DNA of 64,000 nucleotides from assembly GCA_963801355.1 (NCBI GenBank), contig CAWDEM010000008.1:1152001-1216000 (forward strand), written 5' to 3'. The translations under genes were made by a program, and so were the position numbers. The notes beneath the pieces were generated by a model that was given only the letters and a program-made list of their open reading frames with translations, was not told the DNA's origin and searched no databases. This document shows, one piece after another, positions 8,537 through 17,261 of this stretch. This DNA is from Ignavibacteriota bacterium (GTDB lineage Bacteria > Bacteroidota > Ignavibacteria > UBA10030 > UBA6906). The first letter of the stretch is position 1. Each line of letters opens with the position of its first letter.

Positions 8537-10636
8537 CTATTTTAAAACCAGCATCCGTCTCGTTGACACGAAATCCCCAGCGCTGAGCCGGTAGAGGTAC
8601 ACACCGCTCGCGAGATTCGCCCCGTCAAACTGCACCTCGTGAACCCCTGCATCCCGTCTGTCGTTCACCAGCACGGTTACCTCCCGGCCCAGAACATCAT
8701 ACACCGCCAGCGTCACAGAGGCTGACACAGGCAACTGATACCTGATGATCGTGGTCGGGTTGAAGGGATTGGGGTAATTCTGCTCAAGAGCGAAGTGCTC
8801 TGGCAATTCGGATGATGTTTCCACAGCATCAAATGGCGATTTCGGGGGAGTAAATTCCCAGATGTCTCCTGTTCCGGAGTAGCCTCCATCCGGAGTTCCT
8901 GAAATCACATAGATCTTGTTATTATGGACAGCACCCCCAAACCAGGCGAGGGCCACTGGCATAGGATCCAGTGTCTTCCACGTATCGCTCACAGGATTAT
9001 ATACTTCTACGGTAGTCAGAGCGACGTTTTGGGTTCCGCCTATGGCATAGATCGCATCGCCAACCAGATACGTCTGAAAGCCTTGTCTTGCAGTCGGCAT
9101 ATCGGCCTTCTTCGTCCAGTTATCGGTTTGGGGATCATATGCGTAGACATTCTTCTGTGCAGTCCCGGTAGACCCGCCGCCAAATGTATAGACCAGTCCG
9201 TTGTAGACGGTCACAGCCAGCCAGCCTCCGGACTCAGGTCTTTCCTTTTTGGGTGTCCATGTATTGGTGACTGGATTATAGGCCTCACAGTTTCGTTCGG
9301 TCTCATTGCCGCCTATGTTATAGATTATTCCGTTAACCACACCGGCTTGCGCAGCCCTCCTCGGACTAAGCATATTCGCTTTTTCTGTCCAGGTATTTGT
9401 CACAGGGTTATATGCTTCCACTTTGCTTGTAGCGGTGGGGTAACCGCCGCCAATGGCATAGATGGTATCGTTCACAACAGCCGAGGAAAGAAATCCTCTG
9501 GCAGTTGGCATAGGCAATTTCACCGCCCAGGGGTTCAAATCGTACACTTCATTGGCTGCCAAATCAGTCAAGGGATAGACGGTGGTTCCCCCAATGGCGT
9601 AGATCTTCTGACCTATGACACATGCTGAAAGCGCTCCCCTCAGTGTGGGTAATGTCGTCTTCTTAGTCCATCCTCCACCTGTCAACGCCGGATCATATTC
9701 CCAGATGTCTCCCGTGCCTGTGTAGCCACCATCCGATGATCCTGAAATCACATAGATCTTGTTGTTACTGACAGCCCCTGCAAACCAGGCGAGGGCCACT
9801 GGCATAGGATCCAATGTTTGCCAGGTATCGCTCACCGGATCATACACTTCCACATTCTTCAGACTGATGCTCATTGTCTGGGTTCCACCGATGGCATAGA
9901 TCTTTCCGCCAACCAGATACGTCTGAAAGCCAAACCTTGCAGTCGGCATATCGGCCTTCTTTGACCAGTTATCGGTTTGCGGGTCATACGCATACACATT
10001 CTTCTGTGCAGTCCCAGTATACCCGCCGCCAAATGTATAGACCAGTCCGTTGTAGACGGTCACAGCCAGGTCCCCTCCGGACTCGGGTCTTTCCTTTTTG
10101 GGTGTCCATGTATTGGTACCTGGATTATATGCCTCACAGTTTCGTTCGCTCTGATTGCCGCCTATGTTATAGATTATTCCGTTAACCACACCGGCTTGCG
10201 CAGCCCTCCTCGGACTAAGCATATTCGCTTTTTCTGTCCAGGTATTTGTCACAGGGTCATATGCTTCCACTTTGCGTGTAGCGGTGGGGTAGCCGCCGCC
10301 AATGGCATAAATGGTATCGTTCACAACGGCGGAGGAAAGCCACCCTCTCGGGGTTGGCAGAGGCAATTTCACCGCCCAGGGGTTCAAATCGTACACTTCA
10401 TTGGCTGCCAAATCAGTCCAGGGATAGACGGTGCTCCCCCCAACGGTGTAGATCTTCTGACCTATGACACATGCCGAAAGCGCTCCCCTCGGTGTGGGTT
10501 GTGTCGTCTTCTTTACCCAGCGCCCATCTTGTGCCCGGGCATCAGTGTGGATCAGCACTGAGGACGCGAGAATTAGACAGCATGTCACGAGCCCCGACAA
10601 TCGTCCCGGATGACGAAACCTCGATACACGTTGCAT
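8537..10636 (-). CDS. Double Kelch beta-propeller protein with T9SS CTD
   Basis: Signal peptide; 12 Kelch repeats (IYAIGG...YDP.T..W) arranged as two near-identical six-blade units; CTD. Confidence 0.9.
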   Translation of the reverse strand: MQRVSRFRHPGRLSGLVTCCLILASSVLIHTDARAQDGRWVKKTTQPTPRGALSACVIGQKIYTVGGSTVYPWTDLAANEVYDLNPWAVKLPLPTPRGWLSSAVVNDTIYAIGGGYPTATRKVEAYDPVTNTWTEKANMLSPRRAAQAGVVNGIIYNIGGNQSERNCEAYNPGTNTWTPKKERPESGGDLAVTVYNGLVYTFGGGYTGTAQKNVYAYDPQTDNWSKKADMPTARFGFQTYLVGGKIYAIGGTQTMSISLKNVEVYDPVSDTWQTLDPMPVALAWFAGAVSNNKIYVISGSSDGGYTGTGDIWEYDPALTGGGWTKKTTLPTLRGALSACVIGQKIYAIGGTTVYPLTDLAANEVYDLNPWAVKLPMPTARGFLSSAVVNDTIYAIGGGYPTATSKVEAYNPVTNTWTEKANMLSPRRAAQAGVVNGIIYNIGGNETERNCEAYNPVTNTWTPKKERPESGGWLAVTVYNGLVYTFGGGSTGTAQKNVYAYDPQTDNWTKKADMPTARQGFQTYLVGDAIYAIGGTQNVALTTVEVYNPVSDTWKTLDPMPVALAWFGGAVHNNKIYVISGTPDGGYSGTGDIWEFTPPKSPFDAVETSSELPEHFALEQNYPNPFNPTTIIRYQLPVSASVTLAVYDVLGREVTVLVNDRRDAGVHEVQFDGANLASGVYLYRLSAGDFVSTRRMLVLK
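8850..10525 (-). repeat. Intragenic tandem duplication (2 x about 0.84 kb)
   Basis: About 8850-9672 and about 9693-10525 align with long identical DNA stretches. Confidence 0.9.
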
Positions 10637-10697
10637 AAGCCCTCCTGCGTTTTGAGTGGGGGAATTTCAGTGTTGCGCTGGCTCTGCATTCGTGCGC

Positions 10698-10832
10698 ACC
10701 CAAAAAGAGTGCCAACGAACATTTGCAGGGTTGCTTTGGCAACAAGCCTTTACTCAATGCGCACTTACGGCTTAAACGAGGTTGAGCGAATCAGGTGTGC
10801 GAATGCCCTCCTGAGCTCGTCAATCTTGACGA
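10698..10832 (-). promoter_or_regulatory. Candidate sigma54 promoter plus palindromic upstream activator site
   Basis: Minus strand TTGGCAC-TCTTT-TTGG (about 10715-10700; -12 element deviates from TTGC). Palindrome TCGTCAA-TC-TTGACGA at 10817-10832 lies about 105-120 bp upstream. Confidence 0.45.
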
Positions 10833-11019
10833 ATTACAGGAAAACTACTGAGGGAGATTACGGAGGTGCCTGGTAGGGGGCAGGTCAGGCATCAGGCAGA
10901 TGATGGGACAAGGGCCCGCTTGGCGGAGGAAGCCGAAGAGACGACTCGTGGCTCTCTTGCCTGGCAAACCGTGTTATAATGGCACTGAACTGAAGCAGCG
11001 AGCGCGGCATCGGCCATGG

Positions 11020-13245
11020 CTACCACCCTGCCGCCTTGAGGTACTCCTGGAAGCGCGGATCTTCACGAACATTTCGCCATTCCGGATCCACGTTGAGGAA
11101 GTGCAATTTGGGATCGCGTTCCTGAACCGATGTGCCCACCCAGGCCAGGGCCTCTTCCTGTTTTCCCGCATGGGCAAACAGAATGGCAATATCATAGGGA
11201 GAAACGTACTGGTGCCTGTAGATTTCAGCCATCGTGGAGGCAGCCGCTCCAAAGGCATGGTCAACCCCAGCCTTCTCCATTGCCTCTGCAACGATCTTTG
11301 CACCTGCCGCAGCAAAGACTTTCTTGCACACCTCTACAGCCTCTGCCGTTCTTCGTACGAAGGCATACGTCCGCCACAGGAACCACAGCCCCCAAAGGAA
11401 GGGAGGGTTCGCCTCCGAGTACCTGGAAATCCTCTCGAGCACCCGGTCATACTTGGCGCTGTAGAAATCAGGAAAGGCAACGCACAGTCCGATATAATCG
11501 GACAACGGATCAAGCGTTTGGGCTCTCCCGGCAAGTTTTCTCGCGTACTCAAATTCTCCCATGGACACTCGATTAATACTATAGTTGCGCAGCGCGATCG
11601 TATCATTGGGATCCAGTTCCAGACTTCGCTCGTATGCCGCTTCTGCCTCAGCATGCTTCCATTCCATACAAGCTGTGAACAAGCCCAAAACGTGATGTGC
11701 TAGTGAGATATTTGGATCTAATTCAAGCGCCTTTTGAACGTACTTTTTCATAAGAGGCTTCACTTCCGCACTTCTCTTCAAACCAAAGTATGTGAGGCCA
11801 AAATAGCAGCCCACAAGCCCCGCGTAGGCCGGCGCAAAGTTGGGGTCCTTCTCGATAGCCTGATGGAAGTACGCGATCGATTTGTCAACAATGCCGAGAT
11901 CGATCTGATTGAAAAAGTAGTATCCTTGTTGATAGTAGTTATAGGCTTCCAGGTTGTCGGTATACCTCTTGAACAGCTTTTGACGCTCATCTTCAAGAAG
12001 CTTGACTTTCAAAGCAGCCGCTATTGCGAGCGAGATTTGTTCCTGTAGATCGAACATGTCCTCGAGCCGACGGTCGTAGCAGTCGGACCAGAGGTGATAG
12101 CCATCCATGACGTTGATGAGCTGAGCCGTGATGCGGAGCAGGTCGCCGGATTTCCTCACGCTTCCTTCGAGCACCGTTCTCACATCCAGCTTCCTTCCAA
12201 CCTTCCGCACATCATGCCCTCCTCCCTTGAAGGCAAACGCAGATGTGCGGGCGACAACCTTCAAATCGCTTATCCTGGAGAGCGTAGTGATCAGCTCTTC
12301 CGTCAAGCCATCGCAGAACAACTCCTGTTCAGGAGCCGCGCTCAGATTGACAAACGGGAGCACAGCAATGGATTGGGATGGCACCGGCGCAGGCAGCTCA
12401 AACCGTTCCGTCCGCTTCTCATGCAGATCTGCAATGCTCCTTATGTCCTGGAGCAGAGACGCCATGTCGTCATACCGGTCTTCCCTCTCCTTTGCCATGG
12501 ATTTTTCCACGATCGCGAGCAAAGTTTCTGGAATGTCTTCCCGCAGTTTCCGCAGATTCTCAGGTTCCTGATTCAGAATCAGATACACCATTCCCTGTTC
12601 GTAATCTGCCTGAAACGGAGGTTTCCCTGCTACCATCTCGTACAGGGTCACGCCCAACGACCAGATGTCGGTCCTCTGGTCTACCCGTTCTCCTTTTATC
12701 TGTTCGGGCGACATATAGTCTACGGTCCCGAATTTCGTACGCTCCTTCGTGAACTGTGTCCGATCCTTTCGCTTGGCAAGTCCGAAGTCCAGGAGCTTCA
12801 CGCTGCCGTCCTCCGTGATGAAGATATTGGCAGGTTTGACGTCCCTGTGCACGATCCCGTTCTCGTGTGCCTTCTTCAATCCTTCGGCGGTCTGTCTCGC
12901 AATATCGAGGATCTCCTTCACTTCGAGCGTGCCACGACGTATCCTCTGCTTCAGCGTTTCTCCTGTGTAGTAGTCCATCGCGATGAACAGCTGCCCGTCG
13001 GGAGTCTCGTCAATCTCGTGAATCGTGCAGATGTTGTTGTGCTGGAGCGATGAGGCACTTTGGGCTTCAAGGATGAAACGCCGCTTGGATTCCTCGTCTT
13101 GCGTGAAGGATTCCGTCAAGACCTTGAGAGCAACAGTGCGTTTGAGTTTCAGATCCTCGGCGCGGTAGATGACTCCCATGCCGCCTTCCCCGAGCTTCTC
13201 GAGGATCTTGTAGTGGGAAAGTGTCTTGTCGACGAGGGATGCCAT
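11020..13245 (-). CDS. Soluble Hanks-type Ser/Thr kinase with TolB-like and TPR domains
   Basis: GEGGMG, VALK, HRDVKPAN, DFGLAK, GTVDYMSPEQ; SIAVLPFVN TolB-like domain; TPRs; no TM helix. Start moved to MASLVDK. Confidence 0.92.
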   Translation of the reverse strand: MASLVDKTLSHYKILEKLGEGGMGVIYRAEDLKLKRTVALKVLTESFTQDEESKRRFILEAQSASSLQHNNICTIHEIDETPDGQLFIAMDYYTGETLKQRIRRGTLEVKEILDIARQTAEGLKKAHENGIVHRDVKPANIFITEDGSVKLLDFGLAKRKDRTQFTKERTKFGTVDYMSPEQIKGERVDQRTDIWSLGVTLYEMVAGKPPFQADYEQGMVYLILNQEPENLRKLREDIPETLLAIVEKSMAKEREDRYDDMASLLQDIRSIADLHEKRTERFELPAPVPSQSIAVLPFVNLSAAPEQELFCDGLTEELITTLSRISDLKVVARTSAFAFKGGGHDVRKVGRKLDVRTVLEGSVRKSGDLLRITAQLINVMDGYHLWSDCYDRRLEDMFDLQEQISLAIAAALKVKLLEDERQKLFKRYTDNLEAYNYYQQGYYFFNQIDLGIVDKSIAYFHQAIEKDPNFAPAYAGLVGCYFGLTYFGLKRSAEVKPLMKKYVQKALELDPNISLAHHVLGLFTACMEWKHAEAEAAYERSLELDPNDTIALRNYSINRVSMGEFEYARKLAGRAQTLDPLSDYIGLCVAFPDFYSAKYDRVLERISRYSEANPPFLWGLWFLWRTYAFVRRTAEAVEVCKKVFAAAGAKIVAEAMEKAGVDHAFGAAASTMAEIYRHQYVSPYDIAILFAHAGKQEEALAWVGTSVQERDPKLHFLNVDPEWRNVREDPRFQEYLKAAGW

Positions 13246-13285
13246 CGCCGTTCCTCTTCTCAAGGTAATACGGTCGGCGGAGTTG

Positions 13286-14812
13286 TTATGCCGGTCTGTC
13301 GATTCCCAGTTTCTTCATTTTATACCGTAAAGCGTGTTCCGACAGATGCAGCGTTCGTGCGGCGCTTGATTGATTCCAATCACAGCTTTCCAAAGCTTTT
13401 CGAATCAACTGCTCCTCATAATCCGCCAAGCTGTCAGCGAGAGACTTCGTTGACGGGATTCCCTGATGAATCCTTTTCCTCTTTGTGAGTTCCTTCTGTA
13501 GATCAGGTGGGAGAGTCTTTCTGTCTATGATAGCCGTCTTCGCGGCAGCCAATGTAACCAATCTCTCGACGAAATTTGAGAGCTCTCGCACGTTGCCGGT
13601 CCAGCGGCGCTGCTTCATGAAGTCCAGGACTTCTTCATGAAATCCCGCTATCTCCTTTTTCTGTTCGAGTGAGAACTTTCTGAGAAAGTGATCAGCTAGT
13701 TGAGGAATATCTTCAACTCTTTCATCGAGCGAGGGAACATAGATGGGGTACACATTCAGTCGATAGTAGAGATCTTCCCTGAAGCTCTTCTCCACCAGCA
13801 GTTTCCGAAGAGAAGAACTGGAAGCAGATATGATGCGGACATCTACTTTGCGCGTCAGGTTGCTTCCCACAGGCCGGACTTCCTGATCCTGGAGGACCCT
13901 GAGCAACTTCGACTGCATTTCGAAAGGAAGATTGTTTATCTCATCCATGAAGAGCGTCCCGCCGTTTGCTTCTTCAAGGAGTCCTTTCCGGTCAGTGATC
14001 GCCCCTGTGAACGCGCCCCGGGTATGGCCGAACAGCTCGCTCTCCACCAGATGCGGCTGAATCGCTCCACAATCGATGGCAACGAAGCGGTTCTGACTCC
14101 TCCGGCCGAGCGTATGCACGGCTCGCGCGACAAGTTCCTTGCCCGTCCCGCTTTCTCCTTCCAGGAGTGTTGTCACATCACAACGAGCCGCTGCTTCGAT
14201 AGCCGTCAAGAGGTCGAGGAACCTCTCGCTTTTCCCGAGCAACCCCAGTGCTGCATACTTGTTCAGTAGGGCACGCTTTGGCAGTGGTGCCGCGAAATAC
14301 TCGGCTATGCTCTGGGTGCAGTGCAAGAAGGGCGCAGCAATTGCCGAGAGGCTCTCAATGAGAGAAAGATCCTGCTCCGCAAAAGGACCTTTGGCTTCCG
14401 CATTGAGAAGCAGCATGGTGCCTATGATGATGTTTTCCACTGTGAACGGGACACAGATGGCCGATTTGGCCCGCACCCTGTCAAAAAGCTTCTTTCGAAA
14501 CCTGCTATCAGATTGTATCTCCTGACTGAAGAACGAGGAGTGGTTGAGAATCACCCATCCGCTGATATTAGCATGCACAAAATGATTCTGTTCATCATCC
14601 GCATTCCTCTCCGCATACACTGTCTTGACAGTATCCCGCGTTTTGGGATTGATCAGCATCACGAACGCCGAGTCGGACCGTACCAGATCAGAAGCTTTCT
14701 GCGCGACCAACCGGAGCACCTCTTCATAGTCATTCTGCTGGCCCAGTATGTGCGCCAGGTCGATTAACGATTCGAGGTGCGTGAGGCTGATTCCTCGCGT
14801 GGCTTCATTCAT
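13286..14812 (-). CDS. GAF-domain sigma54-dependent enhancer-binding protein (Fis-type HTH)
   Basis: N-terminal GAF-like domain; GESGTGKE, ESELFGH, GAFTGA, LFMDEI, FREDLYYRLNV, WTGNVREL; C-terminal NQSSAARTL HTH. ATGA overlap with the upstream kinase. Confidence 0.93.
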   Translation of the reverse strand: MNEATRGISLTHLESLIDLAHILGQQNDYEEVLRLVAQKASDLVRSDSAFVMLINPKTRDTVKTVYAERNADDEQNHFVHANISGWVILNHSSFFSQEIQSDSRFRKKLFDRVRAKSAICVPFTVENIIIGTMLLLNAEAKGPFAEQDLSLIESLSAIAAPFLHCTQSIAEYFAAPLPKRALLNKYAALGLLGKSERFLDLLTAIEAAARCDVTTLLEGESGTGKELVARAVHTLGRRSQNRFVAIDCGAIQPHLVESELFGHTRGAFTGAITDRKGLLEEANGGTLFMDEINNLPFEMQSKLLRVLQDQEVRPVGSNLTRKVDVRIISASSSSLRKLLVEKSFREDLYYRLNVYPIYVPSLDERVEDIPQLADHFLRKFSLEQKKEIAGFHEEVLDFMKQRRWTGNVRELSNFVERLVTLAAAKTAIIDRKTLPPDLQKELTKRKRIHQGIPSTKSLADSLADYEEQLIRKALESCDWNQSSAARTLHLSEHALRYKMKKLGIDRPA

Positions 14813-17040
14813 GGCTTTAGCCGGACTGCCCGAAGGAATTCCTGAAAATAGGGTTCTTCACGAACGCTTTGCCATTCCGGATCCACGTTGAGGATATGGA
14901 GTTTGGGGTCTTCGTCCTCGATGGCCTTGACTACCCACTCCAGCGCCTTTTCCTGTAGTCCCGCATGGGCATACAGAATGGCAATATCATAGGGCGACAC
15001 GTGCCGGTGATTGAAAACCCCGGCCATTGCAGAGGCGGCTGCTCCAAACGCAGCGTCAATGCCCGCCTTCTCCATTACCTGGGCAAGGATGGGTTGGCCT
15101 GCTGCAACGAACATCTTCTTGCACACTCCCACAGCTTCTCCCTTCCGATGGAGCAAGGAATACGTCCGCCACAGGAACCACATCCCCCAGAGGAAGGGGG
15201 GAGACACCTCGGCAAATTTGGCAAGTCTCTCAAGAACCAGGTCATACCTGGCAGTATAGAAGTCCGGAAAGGCAACGCACAGTTCAACGAAATCGGCCAG
15301 CGGGTCAATCGTTTTGGCCCTCCTGGCGAGTTTCCTGGCATACTCGAAATCTCCTAAGGAGATATGATTGATGCTGCAATTTCGAAGCCCCATTGTTTCG
15401 TTCGGGTTCAATTCCAGGCATCGTTGGTATGCAGCTTCTCCTTTCACATAATCCCGCTCCATGCATGCAGTGGACACGCCCAACACGTCATATGCTTCTG
15501 CGCAATTCGGATCCAATTCCAGCGATTTCTGTAAGTACTTCTTGACAAAAGGTCTTGCATCGCTGCATTTTTCCCCGCCGAAGTAGGACTTGACAAAATA
15601 GCAGCCTGCAATTCCCGCATAGGCCGCCGCAAAGTTGGGATCCTTTTCAAGCGCTCGATGGAAATATTCCTTTGACTCGTCAACGATAGTAAGATCGATT
15701 CGATTGAACACGTACATGCCCTGTTGCAGGAGATTGTAGGCCTCCACATTGTCGGTGTAGTGTCTGAAGAGTTTGTCTCTTTCAGCGTCAAGAAGTTTGA
15801 CCTTCAAGGCGTTTACGATGGCCAGCGAGATTTCTTCCTGCACGTCGAACATGTCTTCCAGCCGACGGTCGTAGCTCTCGGACCAGAGGTGGTAGCCATC
15901 CATCACACTGATGAGCTGAGTGGTGATGCGGAGGCGGTCGCCGGACTTCCTCACGCTACCTTCGAGTACTGTCCTCACATCCAGCTTCCTTCCGACTTTC
16001 CGTACATCATGCCCTCCTCCCTTGAAGGCAAACGCTGAGGTGCGGGCAACTACCCTCAAGTCGGTTATCCTGGACAGTGTCGCGATCAACTCCTCCGTCA
16101 ATCCATCGCAGAACAATTCCTGTTCAGGATCTGCGGTCAAATTGACGAACGGCAGTACTGCGATGGACCGGGATGGAATCGGTTCAGGCATGTCAAGCCA
16201 GTCAGGCCGATTCCCACTCCGGCTTGTGATGGTCCGTAGTGCTCCAAGCACAGCCGCCATATCGTCGTACCTGTCTTCTCTCTCCTTTGCCATCGATTTC
16301 TCTACAATGGCGAGGAGTTCCTGCGGAATATCCTGGCGGAGTGTCCTCAGATCCTCAGGGTCCTGATTCAGAATGAGATACACCATTGCCTGTTCGTGGT
16401 CTGCTTTGAATGGAGGCCGACCGGCGAGCATTTCGTACAGGACAATTCCCAGCGACCAGATGTCCGTCCTCTGATCGGCTTCTTCTCCTTTGATTTGTTC
16501 CGGCGACATGTAGTCTGTGGTACCAAATGTCGTGCGCCCTCTCGTGAGCCGGGTCTGATCTCTTCTCTTGGCCAGTCCGAAGTCCAGTATCTTTACGGTG
16601 CCGTCATTCGTGATGAAGATATTGGCTGGTTTGATATCCCTGTGCACAATCCCGTTCTCATGTGCCTTCTTCAATCCTTCGGCGATCTGCCGGGTTATGT
16701 CTGTAATCTCTTGCACACCGAGCGTGCCGCGACGTATCCGTTGCTTCAGCGTTTCTCCTATGTAGCAGTCCATGGCAATGAACAGCTGTCCGTCGGGAGT
16801 TTCGTCAATCTCGTGTATTGTGCAGATGTTGTTGTGCTGAAGCGACGAGGCACTTTGGGCTTCAAGGATGAAACGCCGTTTGGATTCCTCGTCTTGCGTG
16901 AAGGATTCCGTCAAGACCTTGAGAGCGACAGTGCGTTTGAGTTTCAGATCCTCGGCACGGTAGATGACTCCCATGCCGCCTTCGCCGAGCTTTGCGAGGA
17001 TCTTGTAGTGGGAAAGTGTATTGCCAATGAGGGATGCCAA
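14809..17040 (-). CDS. Soluble Hanks-type Ser/Thr kinase with TolB-like and TPR domains (paralogue of 11020-13245)
   Basis: Same architecture with intact HRDIKPAN / DFG / SPE motifs; TTG start with GGAGGAG RBS. Confidence 0.92.
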   Translation of the reverse strand: MASLIGNTLSHYKILAKLGEGGMGVIYRAEDLKLKRTVALKVLTESFTQDEESKRRFILEAQSASSLQHNNICTIHEIDETPDGQLFIAMDCYIGETLKQRIRRGTLGVQEITDITRQIAEGLKKAHENGIVHRDIKPANIFITNDGTVKILDFGLAKRRDQTRLTRGRTTFGTTDYMSPEQIKGEEADQRTDIWSLGIVLYEMLAGRPPFKADHEQAMVYLILNQDPEDLRTLRQDIPQELLAIVEKSMAKEREDRYDDMAAVLGALRTITSRSGNRPDWLDMPEPIPSRSIAVLPFVNLTADPEQELFCDGLTEELIATLSRITDLRVVARTSAFAFKGGGHDVRKVGRKLDVRTVLEGSVRKSGDRLRITTQLISVMDGYHLWSESYDRRLEDMFDVQEEISLAIVNALKVKLLDAERDKLFRHYTDNVEAYNLLQQGMYVFNRIDLTIVDESKEYFHRALEKDPNFAAAYAGIAGCYFVKSYFGGEKCSDARPFVKKYLQKSLELDPNCAEAYDVLGVSTACMERDYVKGEAAYQRCLELNPNETMGLRNCSINHISLGDFEYARKLARRAKTIDPLADFVELCVAFPDFYTARYDLVLERLAKFAEVSPPFLWGMWFLWRTYSLLHRKGEAVGVCKKMFVAAGQPILAQVMEKAGIDAAFGAAASAMAGVFNHRHVSPYDIAILYAHAGLQEKALEWVVKAIEDEDPKLHILNVDPEWQSVREEPYFQEFLRAVRLKP

Positions 17041-17060
17041 GGCAGCTCCTCCCCTCCGGG

Positions 17061-17173
17061 TAAGGTTGGGACCTTATTGAGCCCTTGGGGGTCGTCGAAA
17101 TGGGCTCTAGTGCGGAGGTACTGGAACAGGGTCCAGAACGGCAGCCCTCAGGCTGCAGAAGCAATCAGGCACC
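17061..17173 (-). other. Dispersed leader element, copy 1 (candidate cis-regulatory RNA or small insertion)
   Basis: Shares GTCGTCG..TGGGCTCTA..TGGAACAGGGTCCAGA..GAAGC.ATC blocks with 56837-56925; absent from the otherwise homologous leader at 37431-37496. Confidence 0.55.
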
Positions 17174-17188
17174 GATGTGTGTGTCAGC

Positions 17189-17217
17189 AACATACGTCGG
17201 AGAAGGGGAAAATGCAA
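17189..17217 (-). promoter_or_regulatory. Sigma70-type promoter (copy also at about 37465-37493)
   Basis: TTGCAT-17 bp-TATGTT on the minus strand; nearly identical sequence upstream of the 34422-37430 kinase. Confidence 0.65.
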
Positions 17218-17261
17218 GGGTTTTGGGAAGGAAAGACGCACTCAGTGTTTTGTTTGTGCCC

